From assembly GCA_035221665.1 (NCBI GenBank), contig CM069144.1, positions 34,596,001 to 34,660,000 on the forward strand: a stretch of DNA of 64,000 bases, written 5' to 3'. This document shows, one piece after another, positions 1 through 14,754 of the stretch. Source of the DNA: Okamejei kenojei (taxonomy: Eukaryota). The notes below the pieces were generated by a model. The model ran no database searches and was not told the origin of the DNA. It worked only from the letters and a program-made list of their open reading frames with translations. Position 1 is the stretch's first letter. Each line of letters starts with the position of its first letter. Position numbers and translations under genes: made by a program.

Positions 1-149
1 ACGATATTTCGACTTTACGGTTGTCAAATGCTCGGCAACGGCAGCGAGCCGCATGTCACTTCCAGTCACGTGATCACATTGTATTAAATACGTTTTCGAC
101 TTGCGATATCAGAATGTAACCCCATCCATTGTAGGTCGAGGAGCAACTG
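1..149. mobile_element. End of a Tigger/pogo-like (Tc1/mariner superfamily) non-autonomous DNA element
   Basis: Ends ...gtaggtcgaggagcaactg followed by TA; internal ttcgactt motifs resemble Tigger-type termini; other end is outside the window. Confidence 0.5.
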
Positions 150-428
150 TATCTCTAATTGGTTTGCCTTCTTTTCCTTTTCACTTCCTCAGCTTTCTTT
201 ATTCACACTGGTCCTCCATGGAATTATTCATCTGAAGTCAATCTGTGTGCGTGTAACAAGGGCAATTCGCTGCTGATAGCCATAAAAATTTAAAATGGGT
301 GTTTAAAGTATAGTAGTGATACTTTTTATTGTGTGTGAGATTAATAACCAGTGTGCTGTTGCCTTTTAAAGAACCAAATGATTGTCAGAATAATACTATT
401 TACTAATTGTTTCCTTTTTCATTTTTAG

Positions 429-497
429 AACCGGGTTTGGCAGAGAGATCACAGAGACCTCCGAGCAATTCAGCCTGATTCAGCATATTATAATGAT
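429..497 (+). CDS. WDR33: WDR33 coding exon (~exon 3): [23 protein letters not shown]
   Basis: ttttag|AAC...GAT|gtaagg; 69 bp; peptide matches the WDR33 N-terminal region. Confidence 0.93.
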
Positions 498-1145
498 GTA
501 AGGAAAGATCATTGTAAATTGCCTGTAATTGTTTGATGTGTAGCTTCTCTTGGTTTTCTTGCTCTTTTTCTGTTTGTTTTGCTGGCAGTGGTGCATAAAC
601 ATATGTCTTTGAATATTACATTCCATAATAGTTCAATCATTTTGACAATGAACTTGCATTTTGTTAATGTGCTTCATAGGATATGGAGTCGAAAGAAACT
701 GCTAAGTGACAATTGAATTAAACTAATACATCTTAAGGTTGCTAGCTTTGGAAAAGATTGGGGTTTAATTTACGAATTAAGCTTATATTTAAAGGCAATG
801 AAGTCTGGAAAAATGGCAGTGTTACTGGAGTGGTTCAGGGATTGGTGTCGGATGAAAATAAAATCATTCTTCTTATTTTGTTGAAAGAACCTGAAATATT
901 TTCAAAAAAGACATAAATTCTGTGGCAGTAGTACATCGGAGGTTAGTCATAGTATTCATTTCACTAGTCAGCAATAACTGAAAACCAATGTCATGGGAAA
1001 AGAGAGCTCACATTGTGGAAAATCGCAATATTGTGGAGCCATCAGTATTCAAGTCACAACCGGCCGAACACATCGGACTGGCTTCCCTTTTGAGCATTGT
1101 ATGCAATTCTGATTGCCACAATCCAAGAAGGATGGGGTGGCTTTA

Positions 1146-1474
1146 AGCCCCTGTCGTACTTTCCAGAGTTATTCACGAATTCTCCCGAGTTTTCCCTTGA
1201 TTCAAACTCGGAGAATTACGGTAATAGCCAGCCGTAGGTACTCAGGGCTATTTTTTTACTCGTGGACATTTTTCAACATGCTGAAAAAACGTCCCGACTT
1301 ACCTGATGCCCCGAGTACCTACGGCTGGCATTACGAGCCTCTACGAAATATCTACGGACTCCTACGGCCTCGCTACAGACTCCTACGGACTCGCTATGGA
1401 CATTCTCCGAGTTTGAATCAAGGGGAAAACTCGGGAGAATTCGTGAGTAACTCGGGGAAAGTGGGACAGGGGCT
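1146..1474. mobile_element. PIF/Harbinger-type MITE
   Basis: ~70-bp terminal inverted repeats (agcccctgtc...gacaggggct) with TTA duplicated at 1143-1145 and 1475-1477. Confidence 0.8.
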
Positions 1475-2237
1475 TTAGAGAGAATGTAGAAGAGGTTTAC
1501 CAGATTGTTGCCTGGCCTTTTCACGAAAGGTTAGACAAACTTGAATTGTTCTCTCTGGTGCGTTAAAGGCTAAGGGACGACCTAACAGAAGTACATAAAA
1601 TTATCAGGCAAAGATGGGAGAGACAATCAAAGTCTTTTTCTACCCAAATATTTCAGGGAGCAAAATTTGCTCTCATGCATTTAGCACAACAGAACATAGT
1701 AGGCATTGACTACAAAACAGGTCAGTGTGTCCATATACCATTATATACGTAAATACAACATGAATAAATAAATTGATAAAGTGCAAATAACAGATAAAGG
1801 CATATTGATGTTCAGAGTTTTGTCCGAGCCAAATTTAATAGTCTGCACCATTACAATTCTTTTAGAATTTTGTTGAGCATGAACAGTGTTGGTGAATCAA
1901 TCTCAATTTGACCCTTTTATTTTGTGCAATTATTTATGCTTTAATTTAAATAAGTTGTAGTTGGTCATAAAGCCATTTAGCACAGCAAAAGGCCCTTCAG
2001 ACAAACCTAGTTCACGACGACCTTGAAATGCCTGTCAATGACATGAGCTGTCTGGTGTACTGTTGGATTGATTTGGTTTATGATTTTTTTGTTATATTTG
2101 TTGATGACTTTACAGATGTTGTGTTAGCTTTGTGGTGCTGGTCCTCTTGGCTGCCATTGCCATTGTTCCTGTTGGTAAATCTTGCCCTATAATGCAGATG
2201 GAAAGGTTGGTTTACATCTATCTTCAATATTTTCCAG

Positions 2238-2342
2238 CTGGTGCCACCCATGGGAATGCTGCAGAATCCAATGAATGCTGTAACAACTAAGTTTGTCCGA
2301 ACCTCAACCAATAAAGTAAAGTGTCCAGTGTTTGTTGTCAGG
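2238..2342 (+). CDS. WDR33: WDR33 exon (~4): [35 protein letters not shown]
   Basis: ttccag|CTG...AGG|gtaagt; 105 bp; phase 0. Confidence 0.96.
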
Positions 2343-2779
2343 GTAAGTTCTCGAGGAAAGAAGATAGTTATGAATCTTCTAACCTTGCAGTTCTCTCTAC
2401 ATTTAAGAAACATTCATCTGATCCTCATTATAATGATGGAATTAGATGACCATAAAAAGTTCAGATTAAAAAATGCTGTGGAACTGGTTAACAATATAAA
2501 GCATCGAGATCAATTTTGCAGATATAATGAATAGTCTTCAATTCCAATCTAATTCAGTTTTCCACATCGTTACCATTTCTCTTTGCTGTTCACAGTAAAT
2601 AGGGTCATCTCTATTGCCCCAAGTTTTCCATTGCTCTTGTACTATGGTCAGCTCATCACATTTGTTCATAAATGCTTTGATCAAGGTGTTCTTTATTTTA
2701 TTCTAATACAATTAAATTGGCACTTCATTGCCATTTTTGTTTTCTGTTTTGTATTAACGCTTGCTACTAATGCCACCAT

Positions 2780-3085
2780 AGGGTGGCGCAGCTGGTAGAG
2801 CTGCTGCCTCACAGTGCCAAAGAGTGCGGGTTCGATCCTGACCTCGGGTGTTGTGTCTGTTTGGACGTTGCATATTTTCACGTGTGATTTTTCTGGATAC
2901 TTTAGGTTCCTCCATCATTCCAAAGACATGCAGCTTTGTAGGTTAATTGGCCTCTGTAATTTGTCCCAAGTGCGTACACAATGGAAGCATAAGTAGGATA
3001 ACATTAGAGCTATGAGCGGATGATTATAGTTGGTGTGGACTTGAATGGAAAGACCTGTTTCCATGTTGTATCTTTCAATCAATCA
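2780..3085 (+). mobile_element. tRNA-derived SINE (V-SINE/HE1-like)
   Basis: Pol III A box tggcgcagctgg, B box gttcgatcc, CR1-like tail cctgtttccatgttgtatctttcaatcaatc. Confidence 0.75.
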
Positions 3086-3748
3086 TAACATTTAATTTCT
3101 GTGTTATTCCTCATCAATGTTGCGATTGCAGGAATTCCATTCTGATACAATCCACGGAACTTTTTCTTTGTGTCTGCATTTAATTAACGTAGGAAAAATT
3201 CTTTCTACACTAGATGTTGTTACTCGAGCTGAAATGAATGCGCAGTTATGTAAACTGTGGTTGTGGGAATTAAGGGTGAACAGGAATTTTAATTTGACTG
3301 CTTTTGCAAGTCCATGTTAAACTCGCATATTCTTAACATACTAGACTATTTGAGGGGGTGTTCCTATGCCCATATATTTGTTTTCACCTGATGGGTGGGT
3401 TTCCGCATTCCTAGATTAAATTGCTATTTATTATTTTGGCGACCTTGAAGGCATGCAGCTTTCAAGGTGCAACATGATATAAGAATAATGAATGATCTCT
3501 ACATATCTTCCACTGAAGTTGAAAACTAAATTAGATCTTCCATTAATCTTGAACATTTAACCTAAGTCTATAGCTCTGCCATGGACCATCCAGAAATAAT
3601 TGCCAGTCTTGTTAAAAGCTAGACGTATGAAATGTTTGTAAGATATTAACTTGTTTTGTGTTTCTGGATTAGTGTTTTTATGTTATGCCTGCGTTTTGAA
3701 AAAGCTGCTTATTTCTGTGTGTAAATGGTTATTTTTGTTCTGATCTAG

Positions 3749-3877
<129 letters not shown>

Positions 3878-5102
3878 TAATGCTAGAGGGCGGAGTTGTA
3901 GAGTTGTGTTCTGTTTTGTAGCAATTCATTTCTAACAATGTATTTCAATTGTATCCATTGAAATAAGTACCCATTGTGCATTACAGTCATTACATTGATG
4001 AACAAATGCTCATTTGTTAGTTTTCTCTTGCTCGGGAAGGTAGGACAATTATTCGTGCTGTTGGTGGGACAATTTCTGGCTATTTTTGTCAGAAACTGTA
4101 GTCGCATTGCACTTGTTCCTTTACTGTATGGCAAAAGAGAGAAAGTGCCAACTGAAAATGAATTGGGTCTGAGTGATTAAGAACATCCTATTGGACATTC
4201 CCTGCTGCTTTCTAGTATCCATTCTTCATCATAGATTTGTTCCATCGCTATATCTTTATTGAGTAGTGTTAATATTAAAAACCATAATTTTCAATTCGCA
4301 AAAGCGTTAGAGCAACATTAGTAAATATTGTCTTGACAACATACTTGCCAAGGATCATCTCGACACCATCTGAGCTCATAACCTGTGATTCTCTTTCACA
4401 AAGATCCAAAGTATTTAATATATTTTCATGCTATTCATTTTGCATTTGAGATTTCAACTTATTGCTTTCTATCCTACTTGTGTTGTGTTCTGATGTTTGA
4501 CCTCAGTTGGTAGACTTTACTGATTGTGCCTAGTGTGCTTACTTTGTGTTACTTAGAGACAATATCTCCATTTAAAGAAATAATTTATGTATCATGTCTG
4601 CCATGTGTGAGCTCACCATATGACCTAGAGATTCCCAGGCTCTTCCGTGGTTTACTTGTTCATAGTACTGAGGTCATTGTTGCTGAGGATGATTTGTAAT
4701 AGCGTAGAGGTTGTGTCTAGTTTCTATTATGTCCTCACTTCCTGCAGAGGTGTTGCACACTGACAGATGCCAAAACTACTCTCTCCATATTCACAGTGGA
4801 TACCTTCACGTGCCCGTAACTTTATAAGAGATAACCTAGTTGATTTAATTTTTAAAAAAGAGTTGTGTGCAAACAGTTTCAGAGAAATATAATTGAAAAT
4901 TAGGTTTTATGTCGGTACTAGCATATCCTGTATTTAAGTATTTATTATCCTGAAATAGATTCCCAGGCTGATGAAATATCACTAAAGCTAGCATTGGACC
5001 GATACTTTTCTTGAAAAGAAAAATAAATGTGCATTTCATATGACATGGAAATTAAACTTGTAAGGCATCTGAGAATGTAATCAATATTTTTTTTCTCAAT
5101 AG

Positions 5103-5567
<465 letters not shown>

Positions 5568-5574
5568 CATTTTA

Positions 5575-5703
5575 AATAAAGTATTTCCTTTTTCTAAAAC
5601 TGAATAAAGGTTAAAACTTCAGAAATAAAGCCAGTTGCAACATCAAAGTAAAATGGTCACCAGTGTCCGGGTGGTGGTGATCCATGGAGGGATTAAAAAT
5701 AAA
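5575..5703 (+). terminator. Cluster of intronic polyadenylation signals
   Basis: AATAAA at 5575, 5603, 5624 and 5698; ATTAAA at 5692; T-rich tracts downstream. Confidence 0.55.
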
Positions 5704-6954
5704 TACTTAGACACAGACATCCATCTACAACCAGTGACAACCAAGATTGAAGAAGTTCAAAATGAATAATTTTTTTAATTACTTTAGCATTTCCAACATA
5801 AAAAATGTAAAATTAGATGGTGGGTTTTACAGCTTTTAACTTTTGCTTATGGTTTGATTTTTGTTGGAGAGGAGTCCATTTTTTTTTTAGTAAACTTTAA
5901 TCCCATTTCAGTTGTATACCCATTACATTGGTGTTTTGTCACTTTTTTCTGGTATTGTGACTGACTACATTGTAGTATCACTAGATGAAACTAAAACTTT
6001 TCTATTGAGATAATGGAGCCAATGAACAGTTATCAAGGCCAGGTGCTGATGGATTAGCATTCTGGCTATGCTCTGATTCTTGGGCTATTGTTTGTTGACA
6101 CAACACTCCCAAAGTACCAAATGGCAGCACAGGGTTACTACACAGTTTAGTACATATACCTTCACGAACAGAAGGTAAATATTAGTAAACTAGCAACAGC
6201 ATTCACCACTACTGCTAACACTGATGTGGCTGGGAATGTTGAAGACCAGATGCACAACATTGTGATACTTGCATTAGTTTGGCTAAGTGAGCTGCATCTT
6301 TTAATATTCAATACTTTCAGTACAACAATGCATCTTTAAATTTCACACTTACAAAGACCTTTCACTGGTCAATAAAGTTACGATCCAAATAGTCTGATTT
6401 AAATAACAATCTTTTTATACTGATTTTTACACTGGTAGAAGTTAGCTGGTTTCCGGTAACTCATTGCATTACCCCAACCAGGTTCTACAGCCAATATGTA
6501 ATATTTTGTAACAATCCACTTATCCCTTTGCTTCTGTAAATGACATGGTAGGGTTATTGCTTTGATGAGAAAGAAAAATACATAGTTCTATGTACATTTC
6601 TGCCATATGGAAGTGCACTTGTGTGTGGACCAAGAAATTTTATGTAGAAACATTTCTATGCAAACCTTAGTATGATGCAGTTGTACTCACTGTTTATTCA
6701 TCTTATTGCTAACACCTTATATAGCAGTGTATGCACTATCCTTGGCAGTGCAGGAGCTTTTGTCTTTAACATGGTGGAACCTTGGTTATAGGCATACCTG
6801 CAATCAGGGTACTTGTTTATACCCAATTATAAGTTTCATTAGTGACCAGATTTGGTAAAAGATTATCAAATGAGCAGAGAGTGAAATATCCTTGCATTGA
6901 ATTATCACAACTACCAATTAATTATTATGGAAGAGAAGTAATTTCCCCCCCCCC

Positions 6955-7310
6955 ACATAGACGTGATTTAATCCCTGGGCGGCTCGCCATAGATATCATC
7001 CCTGGGAGACTCACTATAGACATGGCTTCATATATGAACGCTCACCATAGACATGGCTTCATCTCTGGCAGACATGTCATGGATATGGCTTCTTCTCCGG
7101 AAGGCTCACCATGGGCATGACATAATCTCTGGGAGGCATGCCATAGACATGGTTTCATCTGTTGTAGGCATGGCTTCATCTCTAGAAGGCTTACCATAGA
7201 CATGGCTTCATATCTAGGAGGCCCACCACTGAGATGGTGTCATCTCTGGGATGCTCACCATAGACATGGCACCTCTTTTACCCTGCCACAGATGTGGCTT
7301 CAATTCTGGG
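6955..7310. repeat. Degenerate ~32-bp minisatellite (~10 units)
   Basis: Recurring unit ctcaccatagacatggcttcatctctgggagg. Confidence 0.85.
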
Positions 7311-7653
7311 GAGGCCTGACCTGGCTAGAACTCTACATCTGAGTGCAGAGTTTGGTCTCTACATATTTGTCTCCAGCAGGAGATGATTTAATGCCATTGA
7401 TTTTGGAAGTTCCTGTTTAAATAATAAATCTGCATAAATCTGTTGAAAGCACTTGCTGTGAAACTTGGTATAAGGAGACCTTTGATTGTCCACCAATTTC
7501 AGTTTCTGCTGGTGGAGGATACGCTCCCATGTTGGCAATAAACGAGGTTCCAGCCTAAAGCACTGTAGTTATTCTAGTTAACTAATGGAATCCATTTGTG
7601 CAGAACACTTAAATGAGGATGAGCCAGATTGGGCTCAGTTCGGCTCGTGTTAA

Positions 7654-7797
<144 letters not shown>

Positions 7798-9119
7798 TAA
7801 AGCAAAATGATACTGTATCTACTGTATACTGGGCCGACCAATTTAAGTACGCATGTTCACCCTGGAATTCGGAAATCCACACACAGTTTTGTACGTAGGT
7901 TTGGACAGTCAAATGTCTGCTATTTACGCCCCTGCCTATCAAAGGCACGGGTCAAACATATCTATAAATGTTACCTGTCATATTTTTTAAAGACTTGCGT
8001 TTTTGCCTATTAACTCTGCACCTCCTCATCAACTTGTTGTCTTTTATATCCTTCTGTCCCATATCATGCATCCTCATCTGAGGTGATGAATTTATAACAT
8101 ACATCGCACTTTGCAGTTTGTGTTGGCACAGTGTAAGAAGTATAGTTTTGAAAATCATTATTTCACTGGTGAAAAATCAACATACCTTTGGTTTCAAGAA
8201 TTTCATCCGAGAAACTAATTAACTGTTTGAGATGCATGCATAATACACGTTTTATAATCCGAAAGCCATGCTCTTCACTACCAATCATGAGTCAATACAA
8301 GGAGTTGTTAATAAGTCATAGTCAAAATCTGCAGTTTGAATGTTGCCGTTTGAACATTCTGCTCTTGACTTGCTGGTATATTTTATTTTCCCGCCAAATT
8401 GGAGTTCAGTGACACATGGGCCTAAAATAAATGTGTACATTTCAGCAGTGCTTTACATGTTCTGTGAAAAAAATCATTTTTGAAATCCTGCAGCTGTCAG
8501 GTACCTCTCAGTGGACATCATTCCAACCGCTGAGCTAATTAGTTGCCTGCTTAAATTCCGGTCTAGAACAGAAAAGAACAACAGGGAAATCATTCTTGTT
8601 GACCCAACCAATAATTATTTCTTAACCAATTGCTTTAAAAAAAAAACTTATCATACTATATTATTTATTGCGATTCAGACTGCAGTTATGATAATTTACC
8701 TTTGTTGCAACAGGTAGAGTACTTAATTGACAGAAGTAATAGGGATGTCCTAAGGTTGTGACAGGAACTATACAAATGCTGTGCTTTTCATTGATTAATG
8801 TTAGGGAACACAGTCAATTTGCATCCAGTCATGTTTAGCCAAGTACATCAAAATGTATGCTGTGCTTTTTCCAACTACCAGAGATGGCTGACAAGTCTAT
8901 GGTTTCATGTCTCATGTGGTAGATAATATCTTCCCTCAGTGCAGTACTGGAGTCCTGCCTAAATTTTGTATTCATCACAAATGTGGGTCCCATACCAATA
9001 ATGTTCCGGGTCAGGTGCAAGAACACAACAAAATCTGGCAGCGACTGTTTATGTCCAATTCCAGCTTGGAGTGATGAATGAGGATTTGCAAAAGGTTGTA
9101 AATGTCCGTTCATAATGAC

Positions 9120-9450
9120 TATGCACAGAACATGGATAGGTGACGTTTCAGATTGAGACCCTTCGTCAGACTGATTGCAATGGGGAGGGAGAAGAAAGCT
9201 GGGAGAGGGAGGACAAAGCATGGCACGTTCCTCCTTCCCCCCCCCCCCCCCCCGCACGCTAGTCTAATTCCTCTAGCTTCGCAATTCGCAACTCTATTAC
9301 CTGTAACACTTTGTCCTGCCTCTCCCCTCATTTAGCTTTCTCCACCCACCTGAATCAGCCTGAACAAGGGTCTTGCCCGAAACGTCACCATCCATGTTCT
9401 CCAGAGTTGCTGCCTGACCTGCTGAGTTACTCCATCACATTATGTCCTTT
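9120..9450. mobile_element. Penelope-derived fragment with inverted terminal segments carrying hammerhead-like motifs
   Basis: Inverted copies of the ctga.gaagggtct...gaaacgtcacc motif at 9139-9173 (-) and 9356-9389 (+). Confidence 0.6.
9139..9173 (-). ncRNA. Minimal type-I hammerhead ribozyme motif (Penelope-associated)
   Basis: Minus strand cagtCTGACGAagggtctcaatctGAAACGTCacc: CUGANGA, short stem II, GAAAC, GUC triplet. Confidence 0.55.
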
Positions 9451-10639
9451 TAAATATAACTGTACCATGTCTTAGTTGAAGAACAGCATCTCGAATAATG
9501 CAGCATTATTGATGTCAGATCATGATTACAAATCCTCCTCCTGACTCATGAGCAAAAATATAAACCAAGCTAAGGCAACATGAAAAATCATAAAAAACTG
9601 CAGATGTTGAATATCTGAAACAAAAAGTGAAAATTCTGGAAATATTTAGAGGGTCAGACAGCATCAACAGAAAGATAAACAGTTCATGTTTCGGGTGGCA
9701 ACCCATCACAACTGGGAAAGTGAAAAAACAGGTTCTTTCAAGTTGCAGAGTAGGTGGTGAACGGATTGATAACAATCAAATGATAGATTGATAGTAATCA
9801 AATGAGATCAGGGTTGCCCAAGTGTTTACAGAGCCATCCGAGTAATAAATTGGGATGTTAATGCTTGTTTCTGCTTCCTTTGCATGAAGTCGAATGTGTT
9901 CCTTGCCACAGTTCACTTTTCTCAATACTCTACATCGATTTGAGACTTTTTCCAGTGCCTTGTATCACTGAATGCTTATGTCCATTTTGGGTTCAGAAGG
10001 TGCTATTGCCAGGTTCCTGCAAATTTACTCATTTCTGAAAATGTTTCAAGGTTTTTTGCAGTGTTAAACATTTTCATAAACATTTAAAATGTAGTTTCTC
10101 TGTGCAGACTGGGTTAACTTTAGAGAAATGTTGTAATGATTACTTTAAATATTGAAGTTTAATATTTAGCCCTGACTTATGGAAGTATGTGTACAGCAAC
10201 TTATTGATCATATTACTGCATTAGTATCCGGACTCGAGCTCCATTGATTTAGGCACATGAGTTAAAATCCCATCATGGCAGCAGGGAATTAAAATACAAA
10301 TAAATAAAATCTAGAATAAAAAAGGTCCCATTAATAATAGCAATGTGAAATTGCATCCAGTCCACTTATGTCCTTCAGAAAGGATCGTTATGTGACTCCC
10401 ATCAATGTGATTGACTCTTTATTGGCCATTGGGCCAGTTAGAGATGTAGGAATGGACTAAAGAAAAGGACAAGTAAAATTAGTCCAGATTTTTAAAAGTT
10501 TAATTCACAGTCAACGTGTCTGTGTGATATAAGAGTGCGTGATGTAATTTTCAAAATCTGAGATTACTTTGATAGCATTTTATGTTGAAATTGGATTTCA
10601 TCTCAGTGTCCAATGCTAGATAGAAATATTTTACCTGCT

Positions 10640-11420
10640 CTTTTTTCTATTCATTTTTTGGAATCTTGGATTTTCCTGGCAGAGCCAACAATTCTCTATC
10701 CCCAAATGCCGTTGAGATGGCAGTGGTGAACTGTTGCCTTGACCTGCTACAGTAGTTCTGATGAAAATCAGTGCTAATGGGCAGGTAAGGTGGTTAGACT
10801 CCTTATTATTCGAAATGGACATTCCTTGCCTTTTTTGTGGCATAAATGTTACTTAGCATTTTTCAGCCCATGCCCTATCTAGATCCTGCTGGACTTGTAT
10901 TGAAGGAAAACTCTTGGAAACACTCAACAGGCCACGCAGCTTCTGTACAAAGAGAAGCATGGACTTCTTCATTTGCTGAAGAGTTGGGAATGGAAATGAA
11001 CATATCCATTCTAGCCTTATGATAGAGGAAAGGACATTGGAGTAACTGAAGCTGGTTGGATCCAGGACATTTCTCTGAGAGATGCCTACATTTATGTCCT
11101 CAGCAGGATAATCAACCTTCAACAATCACAACTATCTTAATGTGTGAACATTTGAAGACATTGGAATGCTTTCTTTTTTATACCCATTGAATTCAATTTT
11201 ATCAGAGTTCTTTGATGCCGCACCCAGTTAAATGCTGCTTCAATGCCAAGGGCAATCACATTTCTTCTGCTTTGAAATTCAGCCGTTTGGTCCGTATTTG
11301 GACCACGGTTTTGAAGAGATCTGGAATGGAGTGGTTGTGGCGAAATCGAAAATGAGCATTGGTGAGCAAAGTGATGCCCCTCGATAGCAGTGCTGATGTT
11401 AGTCATCTCTTTGCTCGCCA
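10640..11420 (-). mobile_element. Decayed CR1/L2-clade LINE reverse-transcriptase fragment
   Basis: Translation VIALGIEAAFNWVRHQRTLIKLNSMGI resembles the RT motif xALDIxxAFDxVWHxxLxxKL. Confidence 0.6.
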
Positions 11421-14400
11421 TCTCTTTGCTGATGTTAGTGGTAATTAGCTAGATTTGATGTGAGCTGCTTTTCCTCGTTGTGCAGAAAACTGCTGTAACC
11501 ATAAAATATTAAAAATGCGAAATTTCTCTCAGAATATATATTAATCAATGTACGTCATCTTTTCTAAGGTTTGTCGTATTTGCGGTCTCAATTCACTATC
11601 AATGAATGACAAAGGAAATCTTACATTTCAGTTGTAATTTTAACATCCCTTTCCGAACAGTGCGTTTTCCAAACCATGAAGAATATGAATGCACTACACT
11701 CGAGCTGGTTCTTCAAATTCTGCTTAAAGCAAGTTGTTGGAATCTTTAGTTCCTTGCACTTACCCAGGCATTTATATTGCTTTCAAGTGCTTTATGGAAG
11801 AGCATACAGTGAGAACTTCAGCCGAAGAAATTTGCAAGCTCATATGGCCTGAAGGACAAGGTTTGATTCGGAACATTACTCTATGGGCCATGAGCCAGAA
11901 GGACAAGTTCAGACCTATTGAAGACTGTACCAGCCAACTGATGTCGTCCACCTATTAGTTGATACTATTTCAAAATTAAATTTTCTAATTAGTTTAATTA
12001 TATAATTTGAGTTAAATTACATGACTGCTACAAATTTTGTTTAAGATTGTCAACCAGCTTATTTTTTAACTTAAGTAGCTGTTGGGAATTTCTTCAGGAC
12101 CAGAGATGAAGCTGAATGATTTCTTACACTTTCTCCTCATGCTGCCCCCCCCCACCCCCCGCAACCGCACGTTAGGGGAACAGACACAACGGGTCTGCAC
12201 TTGGTCTAGTGTACTTTAAAACTGATCTTTCCCACAAATTGCAGATTCAGCCATTAACCAATGATACTTATTAAAATCTAGTCTCGATTGTGATTTCAGC
12301 TTCACACTAATGACTTTATTCGACTAATAGCAAGGAAGATGCAATTTAGACCTTTATCTTTGCAGTAAATGTTTTTTTTATACTTATTCATGTTCCAAGA
12401 TCTGGACAACACTTGTAAACACTTGCCTTCATGGCACATTATCAGTCTTGAGTTCCATAGTGTGATAGGCTATTTCATGGTCATTTAAGAATGAACCACG
12501 TTGGTGGGTATGGCAAGACCATTAGATGGGATGTTTTAAGACTTTCAGGGATTTTATGGTTATTTTCTAAATTTGAGATTATTAACAGTTGAAATCAATG
12601 GTATAGATTTGAGTGTAATCAATGACAAAGATGATAAACTGGCTAATGATACTAAAGAAAGCTGACCAATGTAGACAGCTGTAAGTGGGATCAATGATAG
12701 GGTCAAACTTTTACATGAAATATGTTCTTGCTCATTCACATTTTATGAGGCAATTTCAATGTTTTCCATTTTTGAAAGAGCTTTGACCTGGAATTCATAC
12801 TGATCCCAGCAGTTTTTAATAATAATAATATATTTTATTGTCATTACACATAAGTGCAACGAGATTTGGTTTGTAACTAGCATTGTGTAGCTTTTACATC
12901 CCCATTACTGATTTGGGCATTCGTGGGCTTTTTATGCGAAGATATACAGTTCCTGATTTGCATGAATGCCCGTTTTAGGTTTCCCTTGTAGTACGATCCC
13001 TTTGGCATTTGAAAGAGCAGGTAGAAATGTAAATTAGGATTTGAAATTCTTCAAATTTCTCCTTCCACAGCCTTCAGTTGTGGAAGGAGAAATTCTCATG
13101 TAGTGTAGTGAGTTCTGGGCAGATTTGGGTTTTAGGGACGTCTCATGAATTGAGAAATAATACATCTTGCAATGTGAACAAAAAAAAATCAAAGTATTTT
13201 TACTACAAAATAATATGCTTGGTGATAATATGTAATTGTTTCTGGGCTGCCCATCTTGAATGCTTTGCACCCTTCAAGAGTTAATTGTGTAAATGAATTC
13301 TAAAATATTTTTCCTTTAATGGGATGTTAAATGTACAATATGACTGATACCTCAACAGCTTTACGATAAATCTAATGCTAAATTACCATGGCAGTGATCA
13401 GCATCCTTTGTAAGATCAAGCATTCACAGAATTACCAGTTTTCTTCAAGGAGAAGCAGTTAGAAGTCTCCATAGCTCAGTGAGGCATTTGTTCTTGATGC
13501 TCTGCAACGCTGGTTGGTATCCTTTCTTTGTTAAAATTCCTATTTCTATTTCTGCTCACCGCCCAGGTTAGAGATTGCAATCAAATTAAAAAGAGATAGA
13601 AGCAGAGCTAAATGCAGAAAGTATACTAGAAATAGCATGATTTCCAAAAGGCTGTCATGGTTAATCAATGGTTATATATTTTTTGAAGAAGTAACAGAAG
13701 CAGAAGACAAATGCACTAGACCCTTGATGTATTTTCAGAAGACTTTTGATAGCATACCCATAATAAACTCTTGTCAAAGACCGACGTAAGTAGAAATAGG
13801 ACAATGAGTGAATTAATGCCAATTAGCTGAGGGTATAAAGCTGTGGATAGATACAAATTATAGTTTTCAGATTGGAGGTACGTTGAAAAATACGTTGGCC
13901 ATTTAAGGAGGCGATGAGGTATATTTTTCAGTGCATCATGAGTTTTTGTAAGTCTCCTTGATGGAAGCAGTGTTTTTCAATATTTTTAAGACACATAGAT
14001 GTTGGAGGCAGTTGGTTACTGTGGTAAATGGGAATGTGGAGTTGAGGTTTTTGCAAAGTTATACAGGGTCTTGTTAAATGGCAAAGTAGGCTTAAGTGGA
14101 GTAACTACTCTGGCTTCTAACTTGTATGTACTTATACATTGTAAGTTGTATGTACTTGTAAGTTCCTTACATTTTTCATTGGGGCAATTACCAAATGTTC
14201 ACATTAATGCTAAACTAGAATGGGTAGATTACAATGCAGATAATACAGAACAAAAATACTGCCTTTAAGAACTGCATCTTAAAATTAATATAGGGGAGTT
14301 AAGTTGCAGATAAACTTTTAGCATTGAAATATTGTCAGGAAAATTGAAAACACGTATTTACAGCTTGGACAATAAACAATGTCAGAACACAAGTGAATAA

Positions 14401-14544
14401 ATCGCAATGTTGGGCATAGTAAATCAGGAACAAATTACAAATGCTAATTTGTAATGATGCCAAATCTATGTATGAGTCTGGTTTGGCTGCTTGCAGACTA
14501 CAATGAATTGTTCTGATTTCTGAAAGCCAAAAAGGATGAAGAAA

Positions 14545-14754
14545 GGACACAAAGTGGTGGAGTATTTTGGCATGTCAGGCAGCATCTCTGGAGAATGTGG
14601 ACAGGTGACGTTTCAGATTGTGACCTTTCTTCAGACCTGACCTGAAACGCCACCTATCTGTGTGCTCCAGGTATGTTGCCTAACCTGCTGAGTTGCTCCA
14701 GCACTTTGTGTCCTTTGAGTATTAACCAGCATCTGCAGTTCTTTGTTTCTACTT
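14545..14754. mobile_element. Palindromic non-autonomous Penelope-derived element with 13-bp target-site duplication
   Basis: Arms ggacacaaagtg...cactttgtgtcc; aaggatgaagaaa repeated at 14532-14544 and 14755-14767; hammerhead-like motif at 14604-14636 (-). Confidence 0.7.

Noticed and set aside
1113-1524. ORFs on both strands with similar peptides
   Set aside because: Explained by the MITE's inverted repeats
6955-7310. CRISPR-like appearance of the ~32-bp repeats
   Set aside because: Eukaryotic intron; units are contiguous and degenerate, with no unique spacers or cas genes
12145-12210. Possible Helitron-like 3' end (...cacttggtctag|t)
   Set aside because: Too short, with no matching 5' end or clear hairpin
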